This document shows, in pieces, positions 1 to 9,481 of a stretch of 58,505 nucleotides of DNA. A model generated the notes under the pieces. That model was not told where the DNA came from. It did no database searches and saw only the letters and a program-made list of their open reading frames with translations. The DNA comes from a bacterium (GTDB lineage: Bacteria > Desulfobacterota > JADFVX01), in the NCBI GenBank assembly GCA_032250935.1, contig JAVVFD010000002.1:1-58505 (forward strand). The letters are read 5' to 3'. Made by a program: the position numbers and the translations under genes. Position 1 is the stretch's first letter, and every line of letters starts with the position of its first letter.

Positions 1-95
1 CAATGTTTTCCATCCCTGTGGTTATTTTATTTTAAATGAATGGCGCCTATTTTATTTTATTTCATGAGGTGGCCCTGCTTTATCCCCCTTTTAAC

Positions 96-122
96 TTGAT
101 AAGCTACTGTCAATGTTATAAA
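96..122 (+). promoter_or_regulatory. possible sigma-70 promoter upstream of the ubiK-like/ubiB/ubiE genes
   Basis: TTGATA lies at 96-101. TATAAA lies at 117-122 and is preceded by TGt (extended -10 like). The spacer is only 15 nt, so this is a weak call. Confidence 0.25.
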
Positions 123-194
123 ATCCCTACTTCCCGATTATCCTGGTATGGGATGCCTGGTCGGGCTGTTTTTAGTTATTAAGGAGAAGTCGCC

Positions 195-473
195 ATGAAA
201 GAAGATATGGAGAACAAGCTTGTGGAAAATATAGTGAATATTGTTGGCGCCGGTCTTAAGAAAGTCGGTGTCGCAAAGAAGGAAATCGATTCTGTCGCAG
301 CATCCCTTGCCGAGGATATAGCTGAAAGGCTTAAGGTCGTTACCCTCGATGATCTCGATGTCGTTCAGCAGATGCTCATGAAAAACAGGGAAAAGACCAC
401 CGCTCTCGAAAAGAGGGTGAAGGAGCTTGAAGCTCTTGTCGCTTCGCTGTCTGAGGAAGAAACCAGGGGATAA
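195..473 (+). CDS. small coiled-coil protein, UbiK/YqiC (BMFP family)-like
   Basis: 92-aa ORF with an AGGAGA RBS about 7 nt upstream. The C-terminal segment LDDLDVVQQMLMKNREKTTALEKRVKELEA resembles the E. coli YqiC/UbiK C-terminus (hand comparison). It lies directly upstream of ubiB. Confidence 0.5.
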   Translation: MKEDMENKLVENIVNIVGAGLKKVGVAKKEIDSVAASLAEDIAERLKVVTLDDLDVVQQMLMKNREKTTALEKRVKELEALVASLSEEETRG

Positions 474-484
474 TAGAGAAACCT

Positions 485-2152
485 ATGTTTTTTGCCCGCA
501 CAAAAGCTATAAAAAATATTGTCAGGATGAGGAAGATACTCAATGTCCTCATCAAGCACGGCTTTGGTGATTTCGTCGAGCAGCTTCGTATCGGCAAGGT
601 TCTTACCCTGGGCAGGCTCTTTAGCAGAAAAAAGGAGCATGCCTTAAGCAGGGCAGAAAGAGCCCGAATGGCCATAGAAGAGCTGGGCTCTACCTTTATA
701 AAGTTCGGCCAGATCCTAAGTACAAGGGTTGATCTCTTGCCGCCTGAATGGGCAACTGAATTTAAAAAACTGCAAGATGACGTGCCGCTATTTTCTTATG
801 AAGCCGTGATTAAGGTGGTTGAAGGAGAGCTGAAGAGGCCGATTGGCGAGACATTTGACGGTTTTGATGAAAAGCCATGTGCCTCCGCCTCTATCGCCCA
901 GGTGCATTATGCAAAGCTGAAAGACGGCACCGAGGTGGCTGTAAAGGTGCAGCGCCCGGGCATTGAAAAGACAATCTCTGCAGATCTTGCCATTCTTTAT
1001 ACCTTCGCCTCGCTCATTGAGAAATATATTCCCTCCCTTAAACAATATGAACCGCTGATTGTGGTTAACCAGTTTGAGCAGACCATAACAAAAGAGCTCG
1101 ACTTTACTACGGAAGGCGCCCATGCCGGAAGGATGCAGCGTATCTTCAGGAAGGATGAAAGGGTCATCATCCCGAAGGTGTACTGGCCTTATACGGGCAA
1201 AAGGGTCCTCACTATGGAGAGGGTCTATGGGACCGTAATAGATGAGATTGAAATTCTAAGGCAAAAAGAGATAGATTTTAAAAAGGTTGCTGAAAATTCC
1301 ATAAAGGCCTTTTTCGTTCAGGTCTTCGACCAGGGCTACTTCCATGCAGACCTTCATCCCGGCAATTTACTCGTTAGCGATGACGGCAAAATCATATACC
1401 TCGATTTCGGCATTATGGGGAGGATCGATGATGATACGAGAAAATATCTAGCCCGTATGCTCTTTTCCCTCATAAAGAGAGACTTCAGACAGATGGCGAG
1501 GGTGCACCTCGATATGGGGCTCATTCCCGTCGGGACCGACCTCAGGGCGTTTGAGGATGAGCTCATAGAGATTACGGAGCCTATATTCGGTAAGCAGCTG
1601 AATGAAATCAATATATCCGAACTCATAATGAAGCTGCTTTCCACGGCGATTAACTTCGAGATGAAGCTTCAGCCAAGCCTGCTTCTTCTTCAGAAATCGA
1701 TGATTATCATGGAAGGCGTGGGGAGGGAGTTTTATCCCGATCTCAATATATGGAAGGTGGCCCAGCCTTTTATAATGGGCTGGATGAAGAAGGAGATAAG
1801 CCCCCAGAAAAAGCTGGAAGAAACGAAGGATGCGGCAAGGGAGCTCGTAAAGGTCGGGGCAGGTCTTCCGTTGCAGGTAAGGGACGCACTTGGACTGCTA
1901 AATAGCGGAGACCTGAAGATAGACTTCTCCCATATGAATCTGGACCCGCTAAACGAAAAGATTGAGGCCCACGGAAACGATCTTTATTACAGTATTATTA
2001 TAGCTTCACTTTTAATGGGATCTTTTTATGTGATAGTATCTCCGAGAGGCCCCCAGTTTTACGATATGTCTTTAATCGGCATTATAGGTTTTGCAGTTGC
2101 AGCGATTATGGTTGTCGGAAGGGCGTTTAAAAAAATAACAACGAATACCTGA
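485..2152 (+). CDS. ubiB: UbiB/ABC1-family atypical kinase (quinone biosynthesis)
   Basis: 555 aa. It shows ABC1 kinase-like motifs (VAVKVQRPG, FHADLHPGNLLV, YLDFGIMG) and a hydrophobic C-terminal pair of helices typical of UbiB. Confidence 0.85.
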   Translation: MFFARTKAIKNIVRMRKILNVLIKHGFGDFVEQLRIGKVLTLGRLFSRKKEHALSRAERARMAIEELGSTFIKFGQILSTRVDLLPPEWATEFKKLQDDVPLFSYEAVIKVVEGELKRPIGETFDGFDEKPCASASIAQVHYAKLKDGTEVAVKVQRPGIEKTISADLAILYTFASLIEKYIPSLKQYEPLIVVNQFEQTITKELDFTTEGAHAGRMQRIFRKDERVIIPKVYWPYTGKRVLTMERVYGTVIDEIEILRQKEIDFKKVAENSIKAFFVQVFDQGYFHADLHPGNLLVSDDGKIIYLDFGIMGRIDDDTRKYLARMLFSLIKRDFRQMARVHLDMGLIPVGTDLRAFEDELIEITEPIFGKQLNEINISELIMKLLSTAINFEMKLQPSLLLLQKSMIIMEGVGREFYPDLNIWKVAQPFIMGWMKKEISPQKKLEETKDAARELVKVGAGLPLQVRDALGLLNSGDLKIDFSHMNLDPLNEKIEAHGNDLYYSIIIASLLMGSFYVIVSPRGPQFYDMSLIGIIGFAVAAIMVVGRAFKKITTNT

Positions 2153-2195
2153 TTGATTAATTTGTTAATTAATTTATTGGGGGGAGAAGTTCAAG

Positions 2196-2969
2196 TTGAC
2201 CGATAAGAAGAAGGATGAAAAGGAAACGGAAACGGTAAGTTTCGGCTTTAAGGAGGTCCCCGCTGAAGAGAGGCAAAAACTTGTAGGGGATGTCTTTTCA
2301 AACGTAGCCGGAAAATACGATCTAATGAACGATGCCATGAGCCTTGGCGTTCACCGTTTATGGAAGAGGGATTTCGTGAGAAAGGCAAAGCTCAGGCCTG
2401 GGATGAAATGCCTCGATGTTGCCGGAGGAACCGGTGATATCGCCATGCTTATGGCGAAAGAGGTGGGCGACAGAGGCAGGGTGACCGTTTTCGATATCAA
2501 TAAGGAGATGCTTGACGTCGGAGTGGAAAGGGTTGTTGACAAAGGTTTTGTGGGGCCTATTAAGTTCGTCCAGGGAAACGCAGAAGATCTCCCCTTTGAG
2601 GATGAGACCTTTGACGTTGCGACCGTAAGTTTCGGAATAAGAAATGTGACGCGTATAGAAAAGGCCTTCAAGGAGATGACAAGGGTGGTAAAGCCGGGTG
2701 GCAAGGTGATGTGTCTTGAATTCTCCCATCCAACAAATCCGCTTTTTTCAAAGGTATACGATTTTTTCTCCTTCAATGTTATTCCCGAGATAGGCGGCGC
2801 CCTTGCAAACGATAAGGATTCATACCGCTATCTCGTTGAGTCGATAAGAAAGTTTCCCGAGCAGGAAAAACTTAAAAAGATTTTTGAAGAGCACTGCGGT
2901 CTTTATAAGGTGAAATATTATAACCTTACAAACGGCATAGCCGCTATCCACATAGGCTACAAGATTTGA
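2196..2969 (+). CDS. ubiE: demethylmenaquinone/ubiquinone C-methyltransferase
   Basis: 257 aa with a TTG start. It carries the UbiE/MenG signature YDLMNDAMSLGVHRLWKR and SAM motif I CLDVAGGTGDIA. Confidence 0.9.
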   Translation: MTDKKKDEKETETVSFGFKEVPAEERQKLVGDVFSNVAGKYDLMNDAMSLGVHRLWKRDFVRKAKLRPGMKCLDVAGGTGDIAMLMAKEVGDRGRVTVFDINKEMLDVGVERVVDKGFVGPIKFVQGNAEDLPFEDETFDVATVSFGIRNVTRIEKAFKEMTRVVKPGGKVMCLEFSHPTNPLFSKVYDFFSFNVIPEIGGALANDKDSYRYLVESIRKFPEQEKLKKIFEEHCGLYKVKYYNLTNGIAAIHIGYKI

Positions 2970-2999
2970 CCACCAAGTTGGCCATAAAGTTTAAGGGGG

Positions 3000-3121
3000 A
3001 TCTCTAATAATTCAGTTTTTGTCATTCCCGTGAAAACGGGAATCCAGTCATATCAGGCATCTGGATGCCTCCCGTAGCACGGGGTAAACTTTCAAGTCGA
3101 GCATGACATATTTTTAGAGAT
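3000..3121. repeat. REP/MITE-like palindromic intergenic element
   Basis: 8-bp terminal inverted repeats: ATCTCTAA (3000-3007) and TTAGAGAT (3114-3121). Nested arms TGTCAT...ATGACA. Three internal hairpins: TCCCGTgaaaACGGGA, ATCCAG..CTGGAT and CCCGTagcACGGG. Confidence 0.5.
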
Positions 3122-3210
3122 ACCCTTAATTAATATCTGCCTTAGGTTTAATGTGCAATGCCAGATGCGCCCCCTTATTTACCTCTAATGCATCTACTCC
3201 CGGTTCTCAG

Positions 3211-4086
3211 ATGACCATCCTGTCCAGCATAAGTGCGGCTAAAGCCCGAGGGGCGTCCTTTATATTTATATCGGCCCTGCTTTTCAGTGTAAACATACTT
3301 ATCGTCAAGATGCTGACGGCGTCAACCAGGATCCCCGTCGTAGAGATAACCTTTGCCCGTTTTATATCCGGGCTGATTGTCATTTCGGCATATATTCTCT
3401 GGAGCGGAGTCCCTTTCAGGCCTGTTAATAAAAAGATACTCTTTCTAAGGGGTTTTCTAAATGCCCTGGCCGTGCTTATCCTCTTTTATTCCGTTGAATA
3501 TACCAGCATAACAAACGCCAACGTACTGAACATGACATACCCCATATTTGTGGCCCTCCTTTCACACGCCTTGATAGGCGAGCGTTTTCATCGGTCTGCC
3601 TTCATCCCTCTGTTTCTCACGGCAGCAGGTGTCTATATGGTCATACAGCCCGATTTGGGAGCAATAAGGCCTGGTGACGCCATCGGGCTTGTCTCAGGGC
3701 TTGTGGCCGCTCTTGCAATTATCTATTTAAGGGTCCTTAGGAAGACCGACGAAACGGTTGTTATACTTTTTTACCTCTTTGCCGTGGGCTCTCTCTTTTT
3801 GCTTGTCCCCTTAATCCCGCTATTTGTTATGCCCGATCCCAGCGCCGCTTTCCTTCTGCTGCTTTGCTCGGCCAGCGGTGTTGCAGCGCAATATTTTCTA
3901 ACGGAGGGGTACAGGTTTATTTCCGCTGTAGGCGGCAGTATAGTCTCCGCGTCGAGAGTCTATATAGCTTCCTTTTTTGGCGTCATCTTTTTCAATGATC
4001 CGGTAAACCTTATGCTGTTTGCGGGCACCTTGTTTATTGTGGGCAGTAATGTCTTGACAGCGAAGATCGAATCGACTAACACTTAA
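3211..4086 (+). CDS. EamA/DMT-superfamily transporter
   Basis: About ten hydrophobic helices arranged in two EamA-like halves. I prefer the ATG at 3211 to the ORF-track start at 3151, whose first 20 codons look non-coding. Confidence 0.75.
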   Translation: MTILSSISAAKARGASFIFISALLFSVNILIVKMLTASTRIPVVEITFARFISGLIVISAYILWSGVPFRPVNKKILFLRGFLNALAVLILFYSVEYTSITNANVLNMTYPIFVALLSHALIGERFHRSAFIPLFLTAAGVYMVIQPDLGAIRPGDAIGLVSGLVAALAIIYLRVLRKTDETVVILFYLFAVGSLFLLVPLIPLFVMPDPSAAFLLLLCSASGVAAQYFLTEGYRFISAVGGSIVSASRVYIASFFGVIFFNDPVNLMLFAGTLFIVGSNVLTAKIESTNT

Positions 4087-4114
4087 TCCTAAGTGTTGAT
4101 ATTAACGTGCAATA

Positions 4115-4714
4115 TTGGAGATGCAGATGAAGAAACCTTCCTTTGAACTTATTATGCCGGAATGGATTGAGGCATTCCTGCCTCCAGCTGACAAGGTCTA
4201 CCCCACTATGAGGGAGAGGATGGAACTCGCAGTCGAGCTGGCCCGGCTAAACGTAAAGCATGGAACGGGCGGGCCATTCGGTGCGGCTCTCTTTGATATG
4301 GAGACGGACAGGCTTATAGCGCCGGGTGTGAATCTCGTGGCGAGTCTCGGTTGCTCCATTTTTCATGCCGAGATAGTCGCTATCACTCTTGGGCAAAAAA
4401 AAGTGGGAAGCTATGATCTTGGAGGTCATGGGGTTCCGCCTATGGAGCTGGCGTCGAGCACCGAGCCTTGCGCCATGTGTTTCGGCTCGCTTCCATGGTC
4501 GGGGATAAGGCGGCTCGTCTGCGGCGCAAGGGACGGCGATGCCAGAGGCATTGGCTTTGATGAAGGCCCTAAGCTCTCTTCATGGGTTTCAGCCCTTGAG
4601 GGGAGAGATATAGAGGTAGTGAGAGATATATGCAGGGATGAGTCTGTAGCTGTCTTGAGGGAATATATGGAAAACGGCGGTCTTATTTATAATAGCCGTC
4701 AGGGGAGCATGTAG
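4115..4714 (+). CDS. CDA-fold nucleoside/nucleotide deaminase (zinc-dependent)
   Basis: HAE (FHAEIVAI) and PCAMC zinc-binding motifs of the cytidine/deoxycytidylate deaminase fold. The start could be ATG 4121 or 4127 instead of TTG 4115. Confidence 0.7.
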   Translation: MEMQMKKPSFELIMPEWIEAFLPPADKVYPTMRERMELAVELARLNVKHGTGGPFGAALFDMETDRLIAPGVNLVASLGCSIFHAEIVAITLGQKKVGSYDLGGHGVPPMELASSTEPCAMCFGSLPWSGIRRLVCGARDGDARGIGFDEGPKLSSWVSALEGRDIEVVRDICRDESVAVLREYMENGGLIYNSRQGSM

Positions 4715-4794
4715 GAATATCCCGTTAGTCGTTTTTAGCGAAGAACTGGAGGAGTTAATAAACCGACCTGGATCTCTTTTTCTTCTCTCAATCT

Positions 4795-6192
4795 TTAAGA
4801 GCGTTTTTTAGTGGATGACCCTCTTCTGGCGGAGCCATTGTCCTTGGGCCGCCTTTCTTTTCCGCCGCCTGTCTTTGACCCCCTCGGTTTTTTTTCGCTT
4901 ACTGCTTTAGCGCCGGCCTCCACCCTTTTACCTCTTCGTTTTTTTTCACCCCCATCCGGATTATTAACACCAGATATAAGCTTGCTCTTTTTTGGTTTCT
5001 TAGGTTTTTTAGGCTTTTGGGGGCGCAGCTCCAGTTGCCTTGTCAGCGGAACCGCATGGCTTGGAATGAAGCCTGCCGCCACTTCACGGACGAGGAATCG
5101 GCCGATGGCAGTTTCCACTGCCGAGAGAAGCTTTACCTCATCGGCGCTGACCAGAGATATCCCCTCTCCCTGCATGCCGGCGCGGCCGCTTCGCCCTATA
5201 CGATGGATATAGTCTTCAGGCACTTTGGGCAGGTCAAAATTTACGACAAGGGGGAGCTCCTTGATGTCGAGGCCTCGCGAAGCGATATCGGTGGCAACCA
5301 GCACCCGGACCAGGTCGGCCTTGAAGTCGGCAAGGGCGCGGCTTCTCGCAGCCTGGCTCTTGTCGCCGTGGATTGCAACAGCTGATATACCGTCGCTCTT
5401 TAGTTTTTTAACCAGTGTATCGGCTCCCTTCCTGGTGCGGGTAAAGACCAGCGCCTGTCCCCGGCTTTTATTCCGCAGCATGTGGCTAAGAAGGGCAGTC
5501 TTCTTCCCCTTATCTACCTCATAGACAAGCTGCTTAACGCTCTTTGCAGCGGAGTTTCCAGGGTGTATTCCTATCTGCACCGGGTTTTTGAGCAGGTCGT
5601 CCGTTAGCTTTCTGATCCGGCTGGAAAAGGTGGCTGAAAAAAGCAGGTTCTGACGTTTTTCAGGCAGCAGGGCGAGAATCCTGCCTATTTCATCACTGAA
5701 GCCGAGGTCCAGCATGCGGTCTGCTTCATCAAGGACCAGAATCTCAAGCTGTGAGAATTTTACCGCATTTTGCCTGTGCAGGTCGAGCAGGCGTCCAGGG
5801 GTCGCCACCAGCAGATCAAGACCGCCGCGCAGTTTCATCATCTGGGGATTGATCTTCACACCGCCATAGGCAAGACCGGACTTAAGAGACAGGCGCCTTC
5901 CGTAGGCGGCAACGCTGCCTTCAACCTGGACGGCCAGTTCGCGAGTCGGTGTAAGGACGAGGGCTCGGATATGATTTGATTTGACCCCCGACCCGCTATC
6001 TGAAAGACGCTGCAGCATGGGAAGGGTGAAGCTGGCCGTCTTGCCCGTGCCCGTCTCGGCTGCGGCCATAACATCCCTGCCGGAGAGAATAGCCGGGATC
6101 GTCTCTATCTGGATCCTGGTGGGCCTTTTATAGCCGACGTCATCAATGGAGCGAAGAAGGGGCCTGGAGAGCCCGAGAGAGGCAAATGACAT
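4795..6192 (-). CDS. DEAD-box ATP-dependent RNA helicase (RhlE-like) with basic C-terminal tail
   Basis: Walker A AETGTGKT, DEAD box VLDEADRM, SAT motif and HRIGRSGRAG. The C-terminal extension is Lys/Arg/Gly-rich. Confidence 0.9.
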   Translation of the reverse strand: MSFASLGLSRPLLRSIDDVGYKRPTRIQIETIPAILSGRDVMAAAETGTGKTASFTLPMLQRLSDSGSGVKSNHIRALVLTPTRELAVQVEGSVAAYGRRLSLKSGLAYGGVKINPQMMKLRGGLDLLVATPGRLLDLHRQNAVKFSQLEILVLDEADRMLDLGFSDEIGRILALLPEKRQNLLFSATFSSRIRKLTDDLLKNPVQIGIHPGNSAAKSVKQLVYEVDKGKKTALLSHMLRNKSRGQALVFTRTRKGADTLVKKLKSDGISAVAIHGDKSQAARSRALADFKADLVRVLVATDIASRGLDIKELPLVVNFDLPKVPEDYIHRIGRSGRAGMQGEGISLVSADEVKLLSAVETAIGRFLVREVAAGFIPSHAVPLTRQLELRPQKPKKPKKPKKSKLISGVNNPDGGEKKRRGKRVEAGAKAVSEKKPRGSKTGGGKERRPKDNGSARRGSSTKKRS

Positions 6193-6224
6193 AGGGTGTT
6201 TGTTTTAAAGTAAGAGGTTTATGT

Positions 6225-6761
6225 TTATGGCAGCAGGTCATGGGCTGTTTTTTCAAGGGCTGAATTCCACAGCTCAAGCATTTCTCTGCTATATAGATAA
6301 AAGTAAATTTCAAGGTCTTTATACTCTTTTCTTTGACAGACGGCCAGTGAAATTCGAGCGGCCTCTTCGGGAGGGTAGCCGAACACACCGCAGGATATCG
6401 CAGGAAATGCAATTGACTCGCATTTATGCAAAACAGCCAGATCCAAACTGTTTTTATAGGACGACGCGAGCAAGGCTTCAGGACCTGCATCGATTTTATA
6501 TCTGGGGCCTACCGTGTGAATTACGTATTTAGCCTTTAGATTGCCGCCGGAGGTTATGCGCGCCTCGCCTATGGGGCAACGGATGCCGTTATGAGGCGTT
6601 ACCTTTCTGCACTCTTCCAGCAGTTTTGATCCCGCCGCCCTATGAATAGCGCCATCAACGCCCCCTCCCCCCAGCATTTGCGGATTGGCAGCATTTACGA
6701 TCGCATCGACCGGAGCAGTTGTGATGTCGCCTTCAATTATAATAATATTATTATTCATCAT
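6225..6761 (-). CDS. macro-domain protein (O-acetyl-ADP-ribose deacetylase-like)
   Basis: Macro-domain motifs IIEGDITTAPVDAIVNAAN and GGGGVDGAIHRAAG. I prefer the ATG at 6761 to the ORF-track TTG at 6794. Confidence 0.85.
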   Translation of the reverse strand: MMNNNIIIIEGDITTAPVDAIVNAANPQMLGGGGVDGAIHRAAGSKLLEECRKVTPHNGIRCPIGEARITSGGNLKAKYVIHTVGPRYKIDAGPEALLASSYKNSLDLAVLHKCESIAFPAISCGVFGYPPEEAARISLAVCQRKEYKDLEIYFYLYSREMLELWNSALEKTAHDLLP

Positions 6762-6814
6762 CGGTTTATATTTAAAGATCCGGCTTGCCTGCAAGCGATT
6801 TATTAAAAGTTTTG

Positions 6815-6935
6815 ATCCAAGTCAGACGGCTGTTAGCCTTTCTGAGTGAGGAGCCTTGTGTTCGCCCTGCATGGGCTGAACTGATGGGGTGAAGTAGATT
6901 CAAGGTATCCCTGACTACTTAGTCTGGAATGACGA
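6815..6935. repeat. REP-like cluster of short GC-rich hairpins
   Basis: Hairpins TCAGAcGGCTgttAGCCtTTCTGA and GCCCtgcatGGGC, plus a CCTTGTGTTCGCCC core. The cluster overlaps the 3' end of the methyltransferase ORF. Boundaries are approximate. Confidence 0.3.
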
Positions 6936-8058
6936 ACAAGTGCCTTGCATAATGAGGTCTTATATCAATTAAGGAGCTGTGGATAAACTTCACTATACGA
7001 CTGCGGCCCGGCAATCTTTCCGAACCAAATAGTGCGGACCAGAATGCTAGGTGGTGTTTGGGCCGGGGGGGGGTAATCCCCCGGCTATACGATTGGGTCG
7101 AGATCAATGGAGCTCTCTTCTGTCCGCATGCGTAAATGCAAAATTGGAAAGGGGGTTTCTGCCAATGTTCCTTGATGACATCCCAGCCAGTTTTGTCAAA
7201 TAGATCTAACAATGTTCCATGTGTGAAGCGAAACATGTGGTCATCTTCGTGGTGAACCACTCTGTTAAGGGTTAGCAGATTGCGGAAGCTCTGATAAACA
7301 GCACCAGATAGGCCAAGGAAGCCTTCTTTTTTAAATTTCTCAGCTACGCGAATTAGCAACGGAAGTGTTGCTGGCTCCACTTTATTCTCGTCTATGGTCA
7401 AACCGACCAAAAGCCTCCCTCCAACCCTGGAACATCTATATGCCTCAAGAAAAGCAAGATATGGGTCAGCAAAGTGATCAACCACTGATCTCATATGAAC
7501 CCAATCAAAGGAGCCAGACTTAAATGGGAGATACTCTGCATGGGCTGTAATGAAGTTACACGGCTTCGATAGGCAGGAGTATGCATGTAGAAGGTTAGGT
7601 TGTTGTTCGATGCCCGAGAATATGTTTATGTATGGATCAACAGAAACATATAAGTTTACATCAACTCCAAGGTACTGTCTAAGACGTCCCTGGTGTCCAC
7701 CAACGTCAAGTACTCTGCCTTTAATATGGTATTCATCGGTATAAATTTCACGGACTGAGTCTATTTCAGCCATGTACTCTTTTAACAAGTCGTCCTTTAC
7801 ACTCCTCTCGTGGTACTGCTTATACTCAGATTGTGCGTCATCCCAAGCGATATGGCCTTCTGGCAAGCAATAAGTTGGATGGGAAATACGAAAATCGAAG
7901 GCAAACTCTTCTTTATTCTCATTTGTTTTTATGGCTCTTTTCGGAAATATGAGTCCACAGGAGCTGCAAATGAAGCACTCATCGTATTTAAAGAGCTCGC
8001 TTTTGCACATGGAGCAACAGAGTAATCGCTCCACTTCTTCATCGAGTTTTATGTACAT
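6919..8058 (-). CDS. class I SAM-dependent methyltransferase with N-terminal zinc ribbon
   Basis: CSMCKS...CSSCG zinc-ribbon pair and SAM motif I VLDVGGHQG. The recognisable fold ends near aa 312. The last roughly 67 codons cross a C9 homopolymer and REP-like sequence, so the true stop is uncertain. Confidence 0.7.
   Translation of the reverse strand: MYIKLDEEVERLLCCSMCKSELFKYDECFICSSCGLIFPKRAIKTNENKEEFAFDFRISHPTYCLPEGHIAWDDAQSEYKQYHERSVKDDLLKEYMAEIDSVREIYTDEYHIKGRVLDVGGHQGRLRQYLGVDVNLYVSVDPYINIFSGIEQQPNLLHAYSCLSKPCNFITAHAEYLPFKSGSFDWVHMRSVVDHFADPYLAFLEAYRCSRVGGRLLVGLTIDENKVEPATLPLLIRVAEKFKKEGFLGLSGAVYQSFRNLLTLNRVVHHEDDHMFRFTHGTLLDLFDKTGWDVIKEHWQKPPFQFCIYACGQKRAPLISTQSYSRGITPPRPKHHLAFWSALFGSERLPGRSRIVKFIHSSLIDIRPHYARHLFVIPD
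7065..7073. repeat. G9/C9 homopolymer inside the methyltransferase 3' region
   Basis: Nine consecutive G on the + strand, forming part of the hairpin CCGGGGG-ggggtaat-CCCCCGG. Confidence 0.9.
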
Positions 8059-8334
8059 ACATATCTCCTTATGGCATAACGGGTAGATTTAAGCTCCAGG
8101 CGCATCACCTGAAGATCGATAAAAGACTTAAGCAGGGGGTCTGGTAGTTAAGGCGCTTTCTTGACCGATTATTAACTTTTCGGACAGTAATTTCAAGTTC
8201 TTTAGCTGATATATTCTGAAAATTTGCACCCTTCGGAAAATGAGATCAAAGAATTCCGTTTGTATTTTCGTAAGTTACTCTTTACCCTGTAGCATAAGGG
8301 ACGGCAAGATGCATTGTTAAATCTGCCATATCTC

Positions 8335-8445
8335 GTTTTCACGCTCCCGCGTGGGAATGCACATCCCGCACTCAGCGGGCACACCGCGACAAGGTTCCCA
8401 GGCAGGAGCATGGGAGCCAGAGTATTCGGGGTTTCCGGATGGACA
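8335..8445. repeat. REP-like cluster of short GC-rich hairpins
   Basis: Three hairpins: TCCCgcgtGGGA, CCCGCactcaGCGGG and TCCCAggcaggagcaTGGGA. They lie in the 387-nt gap between the methyltransferase and bpt. Confidence 0.45.
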
Positions 8446-9141
8446 CTAGTTATCTTCATCAACCCAGTTTCCCCCTTCCCAGTCGTAATGCTCCCTTGGG
8501 CGGAAAGTGTCTTTGTAGGCCATCCTTTTGCAGCCGGGCACATAGTAGCCGAGATAGTAGTATGGCAGGCCCAGAGAGCGCGCATGCTCTATCTCTTTTA
8601 GGATGCTGAAGGTGCCTATGCCCAGCTTTGAGTAGTCGGGATCGAAGAAAAAATAGACGCTGCTTAGTGAATCTGCGCTCTTGTCGAGAAAGCCCGCTCC
8701 TATCAGTTCCCCGTCCAGATAATATTCCGATTGTATGGCAGGGCAGGAGGGCGAATAAAAAGCGAAGAGGAAGTCCTCAAGACTCGTTGTCTGAGAAAAA
8801 CGTTCCATTGAATGGGCCTGGTATATCTCATATATCCGTGGGCTGTATGATAGAGGGCCGAATTTTACTTCAATGGCGCTGTTATTCCTGAGATTTCTTT
8901 TCTGGCTCTTTGAAGGTATGAAGCTCCGGGCCTTCACTCGCAGGGGCAGACACTCTTTGCATTCGGGGCACGAAGGCCTGAAGAAATGTATGCCGAACTT
9001 CCTCCAGCCCTCTGCGAGGAGGCAGGCCATCTCCTTCTCATTCAGATCATCTGCAAGGAACTGCTCGAACTGCTTTTCTTTGCCCGGCAGATATGGGCAG
9101 GGGGAGAGCTCGTCCAGTTCAGGCGCGTGGAGAAGGATCAT
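8446..9141 (-). CDS. bpt: arginyl/leucyl-tRNA--protein transferase (Bpt/ATE family)
   Basis: 231 aa. CPYLPG lies near the N-terminus, followed by a Cys-rich FFRPSCPECKEC segment. The C-terminal segment reads GLPYYYLGYYVPGCKRMAYK, as in bacterial ATE/Bpt proteins. Confidence 0.85.
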   Translation of the reverse strand: MILLHAPELDELSPCPYLPGKEKQFEQFLADDLNEKEMACLLAEGWRKFGIHFFRPSCPECKECLPLRVKARSFIPSKSQKRNLRNNSAIEVKFGPLSYSPRIYEIYQAHSMERFSQTTSLEDFLFAFYSPSCPAIQSEYYLDGELIGAGFLDKSADSLSSVYFFFDPDYSKLGIGTFSILKEIEHARSLGLPYYYLGYYVPGCKRMAYKDTFRPREHYDWEGGNWVDEDN

Positions 9142-9481
9142 ATATTTGACTCTGGGGTGACCGGCTTCGGCTCTTTGAGTTTAAAATATTATTCTATTGA
9201 TTGCCATGCGCTTAATCAAGCTATAAAAACCCCCTGTCCAAACTGCCGCTTTTTTATCGCTTCTCTTGTGAATCTGGCCCTTCCCCTGCATCATGTATCG
9301 AACCTGAGTCGGGTTCGGAGCATCTAAAGCAGCAGGATAATATAAAGATAATGTTGGAGATGTTCTTCGGCGATACTTAAGTGAAAAGGAATAAATACTT
9401 TTGCAAGGAGCTCATTTATTTTGCAAATCGGGTTTTTTGTGATACATATAGAATCACTATTAAATATGAAGGGAGTTTTCT

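Noticed and set aside
8202-8601. ORFs 8202-8585 (-) and 8314-8601 (+) in the methyltransferase/bpt gap.
   Set aside because: They are translations of REP-like hairpin repeats, with a Pro/Ala/Gly/Arg-rich 'junk peptide' look. One of them overlaps the well-supported bpt gene.
9438-9457. TGTGAtacatatagaaTCAC as a CRP/FNR-type site in the bpt/MBL divergent region.
   Set aside because: The half-site spacing is 11 nt rather than 6, and the second half-site is incomplete.
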